Shown: positions 8,382 to 15,748 of the stretch, in pieces | Numbering within the stretch: the stretch's first letter is position 1 | Layout of the letters: every line of letters begins with the position of its first letter | Virus record (IMG/VR): IMGVR_UViG_3300025324_000001 | Coordinates: 1-62,754 of that record | DNA: 62,754 nt | Origin: a virus | Direction: 5' to 3' (one strand) | The notes under the pieces: generated by a model | What the model was told of the DNA's origin: nothing | Seen by the model: only the letters and a program-made list of their open reading frames with translations | Databases searched by the model: none | Made by a program: the position numbers and the translations under genes

Positions 8382-8825
8382 TTAAGCTAACACGATGTCG
8401 AGCGCGCCCGCGGCGAACGAGGGCGTGATCCCGGAGGACACCACCAGCGTCGCGGTCAGATCCCCGATGATCTGAAGGTTGCCTGCGCCACCGCTCGCAT
8501 CACCCAGTCCGAATCCGAAGATCGTCGCGCCAGTCACACCGCAGGTCGGGAAGCCTATCGCGTTGTCGTTGTCCGCCGTATCGTTGGTCACCGTCCACTG
8601 CGTCACGTTACGCGCCTCATCCTGCCGTGCGTAGTTGGTATACGCGGTTTCGTTGGTGGTCATGTCACCACCCTCGGTGTGCCCCGGCGAGACAGTCAGC
8701 GTGATCCAGAACACTCCCGCCGTGGCCGAAGCAAGAAGCCCCGCGGCGTCGCCGATGTTCGGGCAGTTCGCGTTAGTGACGATGAGACCGAGTAGATTGG
8801 TCTCCAATGCGTTTGATGCGCTCAT
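8382..8825 (-). CDS. Conserved phage protein, paralog B of 8906..9331 (GC-rich copy)
   Basis: 147 aa. Shares the pattern LL.LI....(slY/fWi)tL(h)T..Pg......E..Y..Y.R......W.....a.N...i.FP....g....hFg(l) with the adjacent gene. Confidence 0.55.
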   Translation of the reverse strand: MSASNALETNLLGLIVTNANCPNIGDAAGLLASATAGVFWITLTVSPGHTEGGDMTTNETAYTNYARQDEARNVTQWTVTNDTADNDNAIGFPTCGVTGATIFGFGLGDASGGAGNLQIIGDLTATLVVSSGITPSFAAGALDIVLA

Positions 8826-8905
8826 CTTGAAGCTCCTTTCGTGAAGTTTGTCTTACTCGCCTCTACTATCGTACGTTTCTCAACTCCGCGAGTGCCGCCT
8901 GACTG

Positions 8906-9331
8906 CTATCGGTCAGTAATTAGTTTGCTGCCCTTCTTGAGTCTAGGGATATACCCGTCCTCGATCTTGATTTCAGGGTCGATCTTACCCTTCCAGAAGA
9001 TTAAGCCTTCTCCTTGAGGACTTAGACCAAGAGTAAAGTGCGTAGCCCTCGACTTTTTACCTCCAACAACCTCCGGAAAGTCGACCGCGTTCGTTAGAAA
9101 GGCTGAATCATCCTCGATTGTTGTGCCTGTCAGACTTCGAGCGATTGCGGTACGACGATATCCCGGATAGTCCACTTCGCTCGAGGACTGCTTATTGTCC
9201 TCAGGAAGTTTGGTATGTAGTGAGAGGTACAAACTTGCCGAAGCTTGCTGTACGTTCGCGGCGACTCCTGGAATCGCATCTCCGTGAAGAATCAGTCGCA
9301 GTTGAGCGTTTGCAAAGCCGACACTTTTCAT
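8906..9331 (-). CDS. Conserved phage protein, paralog A of 8382..8825
   Basis: 141 aa. Same motif series (LYLSLHTKLPED...EVDYPGYRR...NAVDFPEV...THFTLGL). Its start overlaps the portal stop. Confidence 0.55.
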   Translation of the reverse strand: MKSVGFANAQLRLILHGDAIPGVAANVQQASASLYLSLHTKLPEDNKQSSSEVDYPGYRRTAIARSLTGTTIEDDSAFLTNAVDFPEVVGGKKSRATHFTLGLSPQGEGLIFWKGKIDPEIKIEDGYIPRLKKGSKLITDR

Positions 9332-10902
9332 GACTGTCTCCCTTCAGTAGGAGCAGATACTGATATGGGCAGTGGACGTTCGATATAACGGACGACATTC
9401 CCTTCGTCGTCCTTCTCGACGACACGTTCCATTGCGATGGGTGGCGGCAATTGGAGTACTATTGGACGACGCTCCGACGTCTGTGGCGAAGCGTCTACCG
9501 CTTGACGAGAGGGCTCGGGACGATCCTCTTGAGACGGGTTGATACCTCCATTGCCTTGAGAAGTAGTCTTCTCAGGAGCTTTCGGAAAGAGCTCGTTGTC
9601 CGGAATCTCCCGTTTAACTCCGATAATTTCGCGAGCTTCCTCGTCTGAAATGATCGGATTACCAAACTGGTTGCGGCGAGAAAGGTTCGAAACAGCTCGA
9701 CCTTTGGAGGCAAGAGCATTTGACTCTTCCAGAGGACTCATGTGAAAAGCTTCAGGCCATTCAAATACACTTTCCTTAGTGCCAAAACGCACTTTCTCAG
9801 TGGATCCCTCCGGCAAATACCCCAAATCCTCCAGCTTCTGAAGGGTTGGCTTGAGAATGTAAGGCTCACCAAATACGCGCCGACGGCGCTCGATATACTC
9901 CGACCAGTTCGCTCGATCTTGCTCCGAAGCGAGCTGGCCAGCTTCGGATCCTGTGAGAATTCGCTGCGGAATCGAGGTAGTTCCTGCTAAAGTGGCGATC
10001 AAAACCTCGAAAACGCCGCGGGGATCAGCAACTTCTGAGCCTAAAGGCGTCACTTTTACTCCTCGGGTACGGATATACCGGCGGAGTTCGTGCTGAAACT
10101 CGTCCAATTCGTCCTGAAGAGCCGCTGCATCACCCGGTGCGAGGTCCATACTCTTGTCGATATCGACTTGCATCCCCCGGTTAGCAGTGAGCCAATAGAG
10201 TTCTGCGCTACCTCCACCGACCTTCAGTAGGTCTTCGAGAACGTTGTACACTTGCTGTAGTCGAGGCTCGCCAAACATCAAGCCCTGCAGAGGACGGTCG
10301 ACGATATGAACGACTCTAGAGTGATGCACTTGAACTGTTTTTTGCTGACCTTGAGGTCCCACTTTGACCTCATAGAGAATAGGCTGTCCATATCTCGAGT
10401 CGTCCGTACGTTCCTCGTAAGTCTTGATCTTCACAGCATCGGCACCGTACGCCTGAAGATAGAAGATGTCGTCCAAACTCGAGACCTTCGGCGCTGGTTT
10501 CTCAGAAATGCCACGCATTCCGAGCCATAGAAGTGCAAAAGGCCCGAAAGCACAGAGCTTATCGACTTGAATCACACGTTCCCAGAAGTTGATCTTCGAG
10601 GTGAAGGCGTCCCACTTATCTTTCGCACCGCGAAGCTCCGTTAGAGTTGGAGGTCTCGACCACATCTCTTCTGGAGGCATATCGACGATTCTGCTCGTGA
10701 TATCTTGCCTCTGATACTTCGCAAGCATGTGCTCCGATGTCAGAATGCTTGGGTAGCCGAATACATCGTACAGTTTCCTCTTACCAGAGAACTGCAGACC
10801 TGCTCGTGTCGCGAGCATCATTCGGTCAAAGAGGTTACTCGCAGCGGCCTTGATTTTCTGCGGGACATCAACTCGAGCTGGTTTCTTCTCGATCGTCGCC
10901 AT
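9328..10902 (-). CDS. Portal protein (DUF1073 / HI1409-type)
   Basis: 524 aa. The N-terminal DRMMLATRAGLQFSGKRKLYDVFGYP pattern is typical of DUF1073 portals. It lies immediately downstream of TerL. Confidence 0.8.
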   Translation of the reverse strand: MATIEKKPARVDVPQKIKAAASNLFDRMMLATRAGLQFSGKRKLYDVFGYPSILTSEHMLAKYQRQDITSRIVDMPPEEMWSRPPTLTELRGAKDKWDAFTSKINFWERVIQVDKLCAFGPFALLWLGMRGISEKPAPKVSSLDDIFYLQAYGADAVKIKTYEERTDDSRYGQPILYEVKVGPQGQQKTVQVHHSRVVHIVDRPLQGLMFGEPRLQQVYNVLEDLLKVGGGSAELYWLTANRGMQVDIDKSMDLAPGDAAALQDELDEFQHELRRYIRTRGVKVTPLGSEVADPRGVFEVLIATLAGTTSIPQRILTGSEAGQLASEQDRANWSEYIERRRRVFGEPYILKPTLQKLEDLGYLPEGSTEKVRFGTKESVFEWPEAFHMSPLEESNALASKGRAVSNLSRRNQFGNPIISDEEAREIIGVKREIPDNELFPKAPEKTTSQGNGGINPSQEDRPEPSRQAVDASPQTSERRPIVLQLPPPIAMERVVEKDDEGNVVRYIERPLPISVSAPTEGRQS

Positions 10903-12485
10903 TACGAACTCCTCAAGTCAGATGAGCGGCCCCAAGTAACTCCGATGCGTTGTTGAGCTCCAATTCCGCGGATAGTCTGTGGATCGATCGATTCTCGTCC
11001 CCAAGTAGGGACGAGAATCTTAGTCTGATGCAAATAGTTGAACCCTTGACCAACGGAGTCAACAGTATCGTCGTGCCTTCCGGCGGGAAAATCTTTCAGC
11101 TCGTTCTTATGCGTTTCGTTCCAGGAGGCTTTAAGCAGCCGAATCCGCCCGTGAGAAACTGCGGCTACGTATGGCTGGTTGCGAATCCACTTATTCTCTC
11201 CGCCGGGGGAATTGATTATTACCCGGAAACCTCTGAGTACGTTCGTAGCAAAGTGCTCGGCTGCGATCTTTCCGGATGCTCCAGGCTCCTGCTCAATAAC
11301 AATCGGAACATCTATGCCGTCCGCTTCTGCAATTTTGCGAACTACATCTTCTAGATCGCCTGGCTTCCAGCGATCGCGCTGCATATCTGCAATGTAGGTG
11401 GCCGCAAAAGTTGATCCCGGACGACCATCCGCTCCTACGAGAGATCCCACAGACCAGTCGGACTTCTTCTTTTTTCTGTCACTAGCTGCAAAGTCCCAGG
11501 AACGTACCCAACGGAGGAGCTTTGGACTTGGAATTACATCGACCTCTTTGAGCATCTCGACGTTGGCTTTGGCGTCCCCTACCTTCTTCGGGTTTTGTTG
11601 GTACATAGCCGAGAAGATGAAGTCGCCCATGATAGATTCAATCGCTCGGAGCTTGCTAATGGGGTATCGATCCGCCCATAGAGGCTCACCGATCGGACGG
11701 TTGAGAAGGTCGTTCTCCTCTGCTATTGCAGGCAGTCGGATCACAGTCCACATGTTCTCTTTGTCCTGTTCAATCAGACGGCCGATTAAGTCATTGATTA
11801 CCCATCTAGTAGCGAGAATCACACAGGAGCCACCAGGTTCTAGACGCGTATACGCCGTGGTGATAAACCAGTTCCAGATCGACTCCAGCACCAGATCACT
11901 GCTGGCTTCAGCCCAATTCTTGATGTAGTCGTCGACCACGAGCAAATGAGCACCGCGCCCTGTGATGGGGCCTCCAATCCCAACTGAAGCCATACCTCCG
12001 CCTTCAGTTGTGAGGAATTGATCTGTTCGTTGTACATCGTCTCGAAGACGCGTCCTGAGGAACTGGCCGTCGTCAAGGAGAAAGGAGTCCCGAACACGAC
12101 GACCAAAACCAGTAGCCAAGTCAGCAGCGTATGTGGAGAGGATGACACTAGCCCAAGGAAAGTGTTCCAGGAACCAGATTGGCGTGTGGACACTGATAAG
12201 CTCCGATTTGCCGTGTCGAGGAGGGAACTCAACAATGATTCGTGCATCACCAATTGAAATCTCGTGAGCAAGAATGCTACTCACATATAGCAGGTGCTCA
12301 GCTGGATGCCAGCGTCCTCCTGTACGGTAGTGAGCCATTGTAGCTGGTGTGAGCTTGACCGCTTCCTGGAACTCCTTCGAGCGAGGGTCGAGAATACCCT
12401 CGACTGCAAGTTGTAGCTCCGAGTCCGGAGGTAACTCGTTCGGATCGAACGCAGGATTCTCAGGAAGTGTATTATTGATTAGCAC
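10902..12485 (-). CDS. terL: Terminase large subunit
   Basis: 527 aa. Walker A-like FPPRHGKSE, Walker B LLVVDDY, C-terminal nuclease-like half. Followed by the portal gene. Confidence 0.9.
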   Translation of the reverse strand: MLINNTLPENPAFDPNELPPDSELQLAVEGILDPRSKEFQEAVKLTPATMAHYRTGGRWHPAEHLLYVSSILAHEISIGDARIIVEFPPRHGKSELISVHTPIWFLEHFPWASVILSTYAADLATGFGRRVRDSFLLDDGQFLRTRLRDDVQRTDQFLTTEGGGMASVGIGGPITGRGAHLLVVDDYIKNWAEASSDLVLESIWNWFITTAYTRLEPGGSCVILATRWVINDLIGRLIEQDKENMWTVIRLPAIAEENDLLNRPIGEPLWADRYPISKLRAIESIMGDFIFSAMYQQNPKKVGDAKANVEMLKEVDVIPSPKLLRWVRSWDFAASDRKKKKSDWSVGSLVGADGRPGSTFAATYIADMQRDRWKPGDLEDVVRKIAEADGIDVPIVIEQEPGASGKIAAEHFATNVLRGFRVIINSPGGENKWIRNQPYVAAVSHGRIRLLKASWNETHKNELKDFPAGRHDDTVDSVGQGFNYLHQTKILVPTWGRESIDPQTIRGIGAQQRIGVTWGRSSDLRSS

Positions 12486-13591
12486 TAGCCAACCTTCTGT
12501 TGACCTTCCGGCTCGTCGGCACTATCCAGGTTCTCTCCGGGAGCTCCGGTAACATCGAAAGGGATTAAGTCCTCCCCGTTGATGATCTCGTTTGTACGCC
12601 CTCTTCCTTTGAACCTTCGAGCTGGCGCTCCTGCAAAAGGATTGTCCAGAGAGGATCCCTGTGTTTGAGTGCTCTTGGCGACGCGGATCACAAGCTCTTG
12701 CATTTGTTGAGCGGCCTCAGGGTCTGCTAATACGCGGGAGAGGATCTGGCGGCCTGCTACTTGACGGCCAGCCTCATCATAGGTGTTTCCTTGTCCCTGT
12801 CCAAGCTTAGAGCCCAACGTCCGGAGAATCATCTCGAACGTCATGTCTTCAGGGGTTTCTTTCTGGCTCAGAGGCCCAGCAGCTGGGAGGCCAACGCTTA
12901 CACGTTGTGCTGCGATGAGACGCGCAAGAAGGTCGACAGCAGTCTTCGCAGACATGTTATCGAAGAATGCCGGTGTCTCGAGAACCTTCTCCTTGAGATT
13001 CCTTAGCAGATTGCTAGCGAGTGTATAGTGCTCATCCTCGACGGTCATTTGTCTGCGAAGACGGAGGTGACGATAAGCAGCCTCCTTGTAGAGGTCGTGT
13101 GCTTTGGCTCTTGCGCGCCAGTAGTACAGGATGCTGAACTCATACAACTGTCGCCCGAGCTGAGTAGATGGGACTCTTTGACCTTCCGAGAGACCTTGAA
13201 CTTGACTGGCGATTCGGATGAGCTCTTCGTTCTGCGCAAGTTGCGTCAGTTCTCGCGGACCCTCGTTGAGGGAGTCGAGATAGATCTGAAATGCACCGTA
13301 CGCGAAGCCGGGTTCGAACTCGAGTTTATGCCAGAAAGGGCGACCATCTCCTAGTGTGGGGTACCCATGTTCGAAGCTCAGATCGACATACGCGCTGCGG
13401 AGACTATGTGCTTCTACTTCGGGTTTCTCGTATGTAGTGGGGAGAAGATCGACACGGTAGTACCCAACTGGGAGACCTTCAGCTGTGACGGGGATGTGGC
13501 CGAAGGCCCTTTGCAGTAGAATGGCTCTATAAGGAAGAGGAAAGCCTGAGGTGCTAGCTGGTGCCGTTGCTACTTGATCAGGAGCGCCCAT
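12485..13591 (-). CDS. Unknown 368-aa protein at the terminase small subunit position
   Basis: First gene of the packaging operon, with a 1-nt overlap with terL. I recognise no motif; the TerS assignment rests on position only. Confidence 0.3.
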   Translation of the reverse strand: MGAPDQVATAPASTSGFPLPYRAILLQRAFGHIPVTAEGLPVGYYRVDLLPTTYEKPEVEAHSLRSAYVDLSFEHGYPTLGDGRPFWHKLEFEPGFAYGAFQIYLDSLNEGPRELTQLAQNEELIRIASQVQGLSEGQRVPSTQLGRQLYEFSILYYWRARAKAHDLYKEAAYRHLRLRRQMTVEDEHYTLASNLLRNLKEKVLETPAFFDNMSAKTAVDLLARLIAAQRVSVGLPAAGPLSQKETPEDMTFEMILRTLGSKLGQGQGNTYDEAGRQVAGRQILSRVLADPEAAQQMQELVIRVAKSTQTQGSSLDNPFAGAPARRFKGRGRTNEIINGEDLIPFDVTGAPGENLDSADEPEGQQKVG

Positions 13592-13597
13592 GTCTCA

Positions 13598-13644
13598 ATT
13601 ATAAGTCACTTCTAAGGGATAGTCACTGGGAATTTGATGGTCTC
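13598..13644 (-). promoter_or_regulatory. Promoter P8 (GTGACT-17-TATAAT) with upstream GAGACCATCAAA box; the -10 ends 6 nt before the ATG (leaderless geometry)
   Basis: Minus strand reads GAGACCATCAAAttcccaGTGACTatcccttagaagtgactTATAATtgagacATG. Confidence 0.5.
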
Positions 13645-13780
13645 CTAATGGGCCTCGAAGGTTGTAAAGTGTTTGCCAAATTTTTACAGGGTCCTCAGGT
13701 TTGGTAACTTATCTTACGTTTGCGGAGCCCGTGCTGGCTAAGAGGATACACTACCATTATCCGTCGATAGGAAAGATGAG

Positions 13781-13809
13781 TTGCCATCCTATTAGGAGGG
13801 TGTTATAAT
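13781..13809 (+). promoter_or_regulatory. Sigma70-like promoter (TTGCCA-17-TATAAT) for the plus-strand module
   Basis: Reads gagTTGCCAtcctattaggagggtgtTATAATataggtatg, divergent from P8. Confidence 0.65.
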
Positions 13810-13815
13810 ATAGGT

Positions 13816-13851
13816 ATGATGAATAGTTCATCATCCTACTTGAATAGTAGG
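13816..13851 (+). promoter_or_regulatory. Two palindromes in the 5' leader (ATGATGAA-tag-TTCATCAT; CCTACT-tgaat-AGTAGG): operator or leader hairpins
   Basis: Perfect 8-bp and 6-bp inverted repeats between the -10 and the RBS of 13870..14085. Confidence 0.4.
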
Positions 13852-13869
13852 TAACGATTAGGAGGTTGT

Positions 13870-14085
13870 ATGAAGCAAGCTCAAGCTCAACCTACGACTC
13901 CTGCAAGTCAAGAGTTTGATGCAGCGAAGTTCGTACAAGAAGTAGGAACAAAGTCGGCTGCGATTCGCAGACTGACTGCAGAAGGAAAGACGAGGTCGGA
14001 AGTTGCAAAGATGCTCGGGATCAGGTACCAACACGTAAGGAATGTCCTGATCACTCCGATCAAGAAAGAAGCAGTCAAGAAGTAG
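13870..14085 (+). CDS. Small HTH DNA-binding protein, paralog 1 (71 aa)
   Basis: Strong RBS aggaggttgtATG. The HTH-like TRSEVAKMLGIRYQHVRNVL is shared with 15013..15378. Confidence 0.7.
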   Translation: MKQAQAQPTTPASQEFDAAKFVQEVGTKSAAIRRLTAEGKTRSEVAKMLGIRYQHVRNVLITPIKKEAVKK

Positions 14086-14091
14086 ATGGGT

Positions 14092-14119
14092 GGGGAGGTC
14101 GAGAGACCTCCCCTTTATC
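14092..14119 (+). terminator. Rho-independent terminator
   Basis: ggggaggtc-gaga-gacctcccc followed by tttatca, 7 nt after the stop codon. Confidence 0.7.
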
Positions 14120-14147
14120 AACGTAGCACAATAGAGGAGTAGTCACG

Positions 14148-14297
14148 ATGCTAGTCACACGTCAACCTCACCAACTCCACAATGCTCGGGCCTTGCTCGA
14201 GTGGAAGGGTCCTGGTGCAGCTGCGCGGTACATGAGGTTCTGCGGCTGGTCGCTGCAGGCAGCCTTGTGGTGGCTCCTAGGTGTAGGAGCTCGGTAG
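14148..14297 (+). CDS. Hypothetical small protein (49 aa)
   Basis: ORF below the track cut-off. RBS agaggagtagtcacgATG. Translation: MLVTRQPHQLHNARALLEWKGPGAAARYMRFCGWSLQAALWWLLGVGAR. Confidence 0.3.
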   Translation: MLVTRQPHQLHNARALLEWKGPGAAARYMRFCGWSLQAALWWLLGVGAR

Positions 14298-14376
14298 GAC
14301 GTAGCTAGAGCCTGGTGTGAGCAGGCTCCATGGTACGCTCTGCACACCGCAGATGCGACCGTACTAGGAGACTGAC

Positions 14377-14622
14377 ATGGAAGTACTTAGGCTCAGTATC
14401 AAAGACGCTCGGCTGGTGGAGAAGCTGGCGGATGGGACGTTGGAGATCGAGCTTCTCCACGTAACCCCGATTCGGATCCCTCCCGAGTTTTCGGAAGCCC
14501 TTCACAAGGACTTGACGGAACAGGGGGTCACCCATAAGAACGCGGACAGACTGGTGGACACAGCAATGGATGCGATCCACGAGGAGTCCGTAATCCAAGT
14601 TCTCCGGGATCGCACATCCTAG
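14377..14622 (+). CDS. Hypothetical protein (81 aa)
   Basis: RBS taggagactgacATG. Followed by a UUCG-loop hairpin. Confidence 0.55.
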   Translation: MEVLRLSIKDARLVEKLADGTLEIELLHVTPIRIPPEFSEALHKDLTEQGVTHKNADRLVDTAMDAIHEESVIQVLRDRTS

Positions 14623-14633
14623 GGAGGGATCAG

Positions 14634-14655
14634 AGAAAGGGCTTCGGCCCTTTCT
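14634..14655 (+). terminator. Stable UUCG-tetraloop hairpin (terminator-like; weak U tract)
   Basis: agaaagggc-ttcg-gccctttct, 12 nt after the stop of 14377..14622. Confidence 0.5.
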
Positions 14656-14876
14656 TGCTACTTCCGGGGGACCGGGCGGACCAGTCCGTCCAACCCACGA
14701 GTACTCCTTCGGAGGCCTGGTCCCCGCCCGAGCGCTATAAGCCTAGCCCTCGCGACCGCTGAAGCCAAGGGACCGGTCATGTATAAGATATAGGACTAGT
14801 CCGACCGAGCGCTCAGAGCCTAGCCCGTGCAAATCTCGGGACGGTAAAATCATATAGGCGCCCATATGATGACCTC

Positions 14877-14906
14877 TTGCTACCATACTATGGACTACTA
14901 TATAAT
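14877..14906 (+). promoter_or_regulatory. Sigma70-like promoter (TTGCTA-18-TATAAT) for HTH paralog 2
   Basis: Reads ctcTTGCTAccatactatggactactaTATAATataggtg. It has the same GGACTACTA-TATAAT-ATAGGT context as other promoters. Confidence 0.65.
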
Positions 14907-15012
14907 ATAGGTGTAAGCTGGTTGATTGTAGGGGTGGTGAAGTTGATCCGCCAGCTACCGCCGAGCATGTTGCTCGGTGACAAGCGCTCTTTAACATAGT
15001 CGGAGGTTTACC

Positions 15013-15378
15013 ATGGCGAAAACCGCCAAGCAACAGGCAGTGCAGAAGCAGGCCCCGCAACCGCAACCGGCCCCGGCAGTTCAGACGCCGCAGGTCGCGA
15101 CGGTCCCGATGGAAGCGCCCAAGATGGAGGGCGTAACCGCCGAGAACTTCACGACCCACAAGGCGGAAGACCTCATCAAAGGGTTCGGCAACAAGAGCAA
15201 CGCGATCCGCGGCCTCGCGGCGCTGGGCATCAAGCCCGGCCCGATCTCGAAGCACCTCGGCATTCGCTACCAGCACGCGAGGAACGTCCTCTCGCGACCG
15301 CTGAAGCGGGTGATCAAGGAGCAGCGCGACAACGCGAGCCAGGGCGCAGTGCCCGGAGTAGCCACCGTCCAGAAGTAA
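15013..15378 (+). CDS. Small HTH DNA-binding protein, paralog 2 (121 aa) with a PQ-rich N-terminal tail
   Basis: RBS cggaggtttaccATG. Contains PISKHLGIRYQHARNVL. The N-terminus reads QKQAPQPQPAPAVQTPQ. Confidence 0.7.
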   Translation: MAKTAKQQAVQKQAPQPQPAPAVQTPQVATVPMEAPKMEGVTAENFTTHKAEDLIKGFGNKSNAIRGLAALGIKPGPISKHLGIRYQHARNVLSRPLKRVIKEQRDNASQGAVPGVATVQK

Positions 15379-15387
15379 GGCGGTGGT

Positions 15388-15459
15388 ATGAAAGCTCTCG
15401 CATACGGAGCTTTCGTCGGAATCCTGATCGTAATGGCCATTATCTGGTACATACGATAG
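15388..15459 (+). CDS. Possible 23-aa hydrophobic micro-protein (MKALAYGAFVGILIVMAIIWYIR)
   Basis: ATG 10 nt after the HTH2 stop. One predicted TM helix. Followed by the hairpin at 15482..15503. No homology evidence. Confidence 0.25.
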   Translation: MKALAYGAFVGILIVMAIIWYIR

Positions 15460-15481
15460 CCAGGATCCGATGAGTTAGATG

Positions 15482-15503
15482 GGAGGAGGTTGCGGCCTCC
15501 TCC
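15482..15503 (+). terminator. 8-bp GC hairpin (ggaggagg-ttgcgg-cctcctcc), terminator/attenuator-like
   Basis: Perfect stem followed by agtttcc. It overlaps the far-upstream alternative start of the next ORF. Confidence 0.4.
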
Positions 15504-15538
15504 AGTTTCCAACCTGCAAGACGCAAAAGGAGCCTGCA

Positions 15539-15736
15539 ATGGCCAAGCAACAGTTCAGCGTCAAGATGCGACCGGATCGTACGACTCCGGGAACGTTTCT
15601 CTACGCGGTTCCGTCCGATCAACGGGCGGATGCCGCGGTGAAGAACGTGTACATCTCGAAGGATGCGTTCGGTGCGATGAGTGCCCCTCCTGGGGAGATC
15701 ACCATCACGGTCGCGTACGACGACGGCAAGAAGTAA
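15539..15736 (+). CDS. Hypothetical protein (65 aa)
   Basis: I prefer the internal start with RBS aaaaggagcctgcaATG over the track start at 15479, which lies in the hairpin. Confidence 0.55.
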   Translation: MAKQQFSVKMRPDRTTPGTFLYAVPSDQRADAAVKNVYISKDAFGAMSAPPGEITITVAYDDGKK

Positions 15737-15748
15737 GCCGGCGGCAGT

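Noticed and set aside
6299-8385. Plus-strand ORFs 6299..7159 (286 aa) and 7423..8385 (320 aa), and several minus-strand alternative frames in the head island.
   Set aside because: They are antisense or off-frame to tightly packed minus-strand genes. Their Pro/Ala/Arg-rich composition is driven by high GC and by the tandem repeat. They have no RBS or promoter context.
14749-15307. 17-nt direct repeat ctcgcgaccgctgaagc (14749..14765 in non-coding DNA; 15291..15307 inside HTH2), considered as a pseudogene remnant of another HTH paralog.
   Set aside because: A single 17-mer match is only borderline above chance for a 63-kb genome (of the order of 0.2 expected). The flanking frame at 14749 has stops immediately upstream. 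A related 12-mer at ~34603 is well within chance.
15479-15538. Upstream start (15479) for the 15479..15736 ORF.
   Set aside because: The extension runs through the perfect hairpin at 15482..15503 and lacks an RBS. The internal ATG at 15539 has aaaaggag 6 nt upstream.
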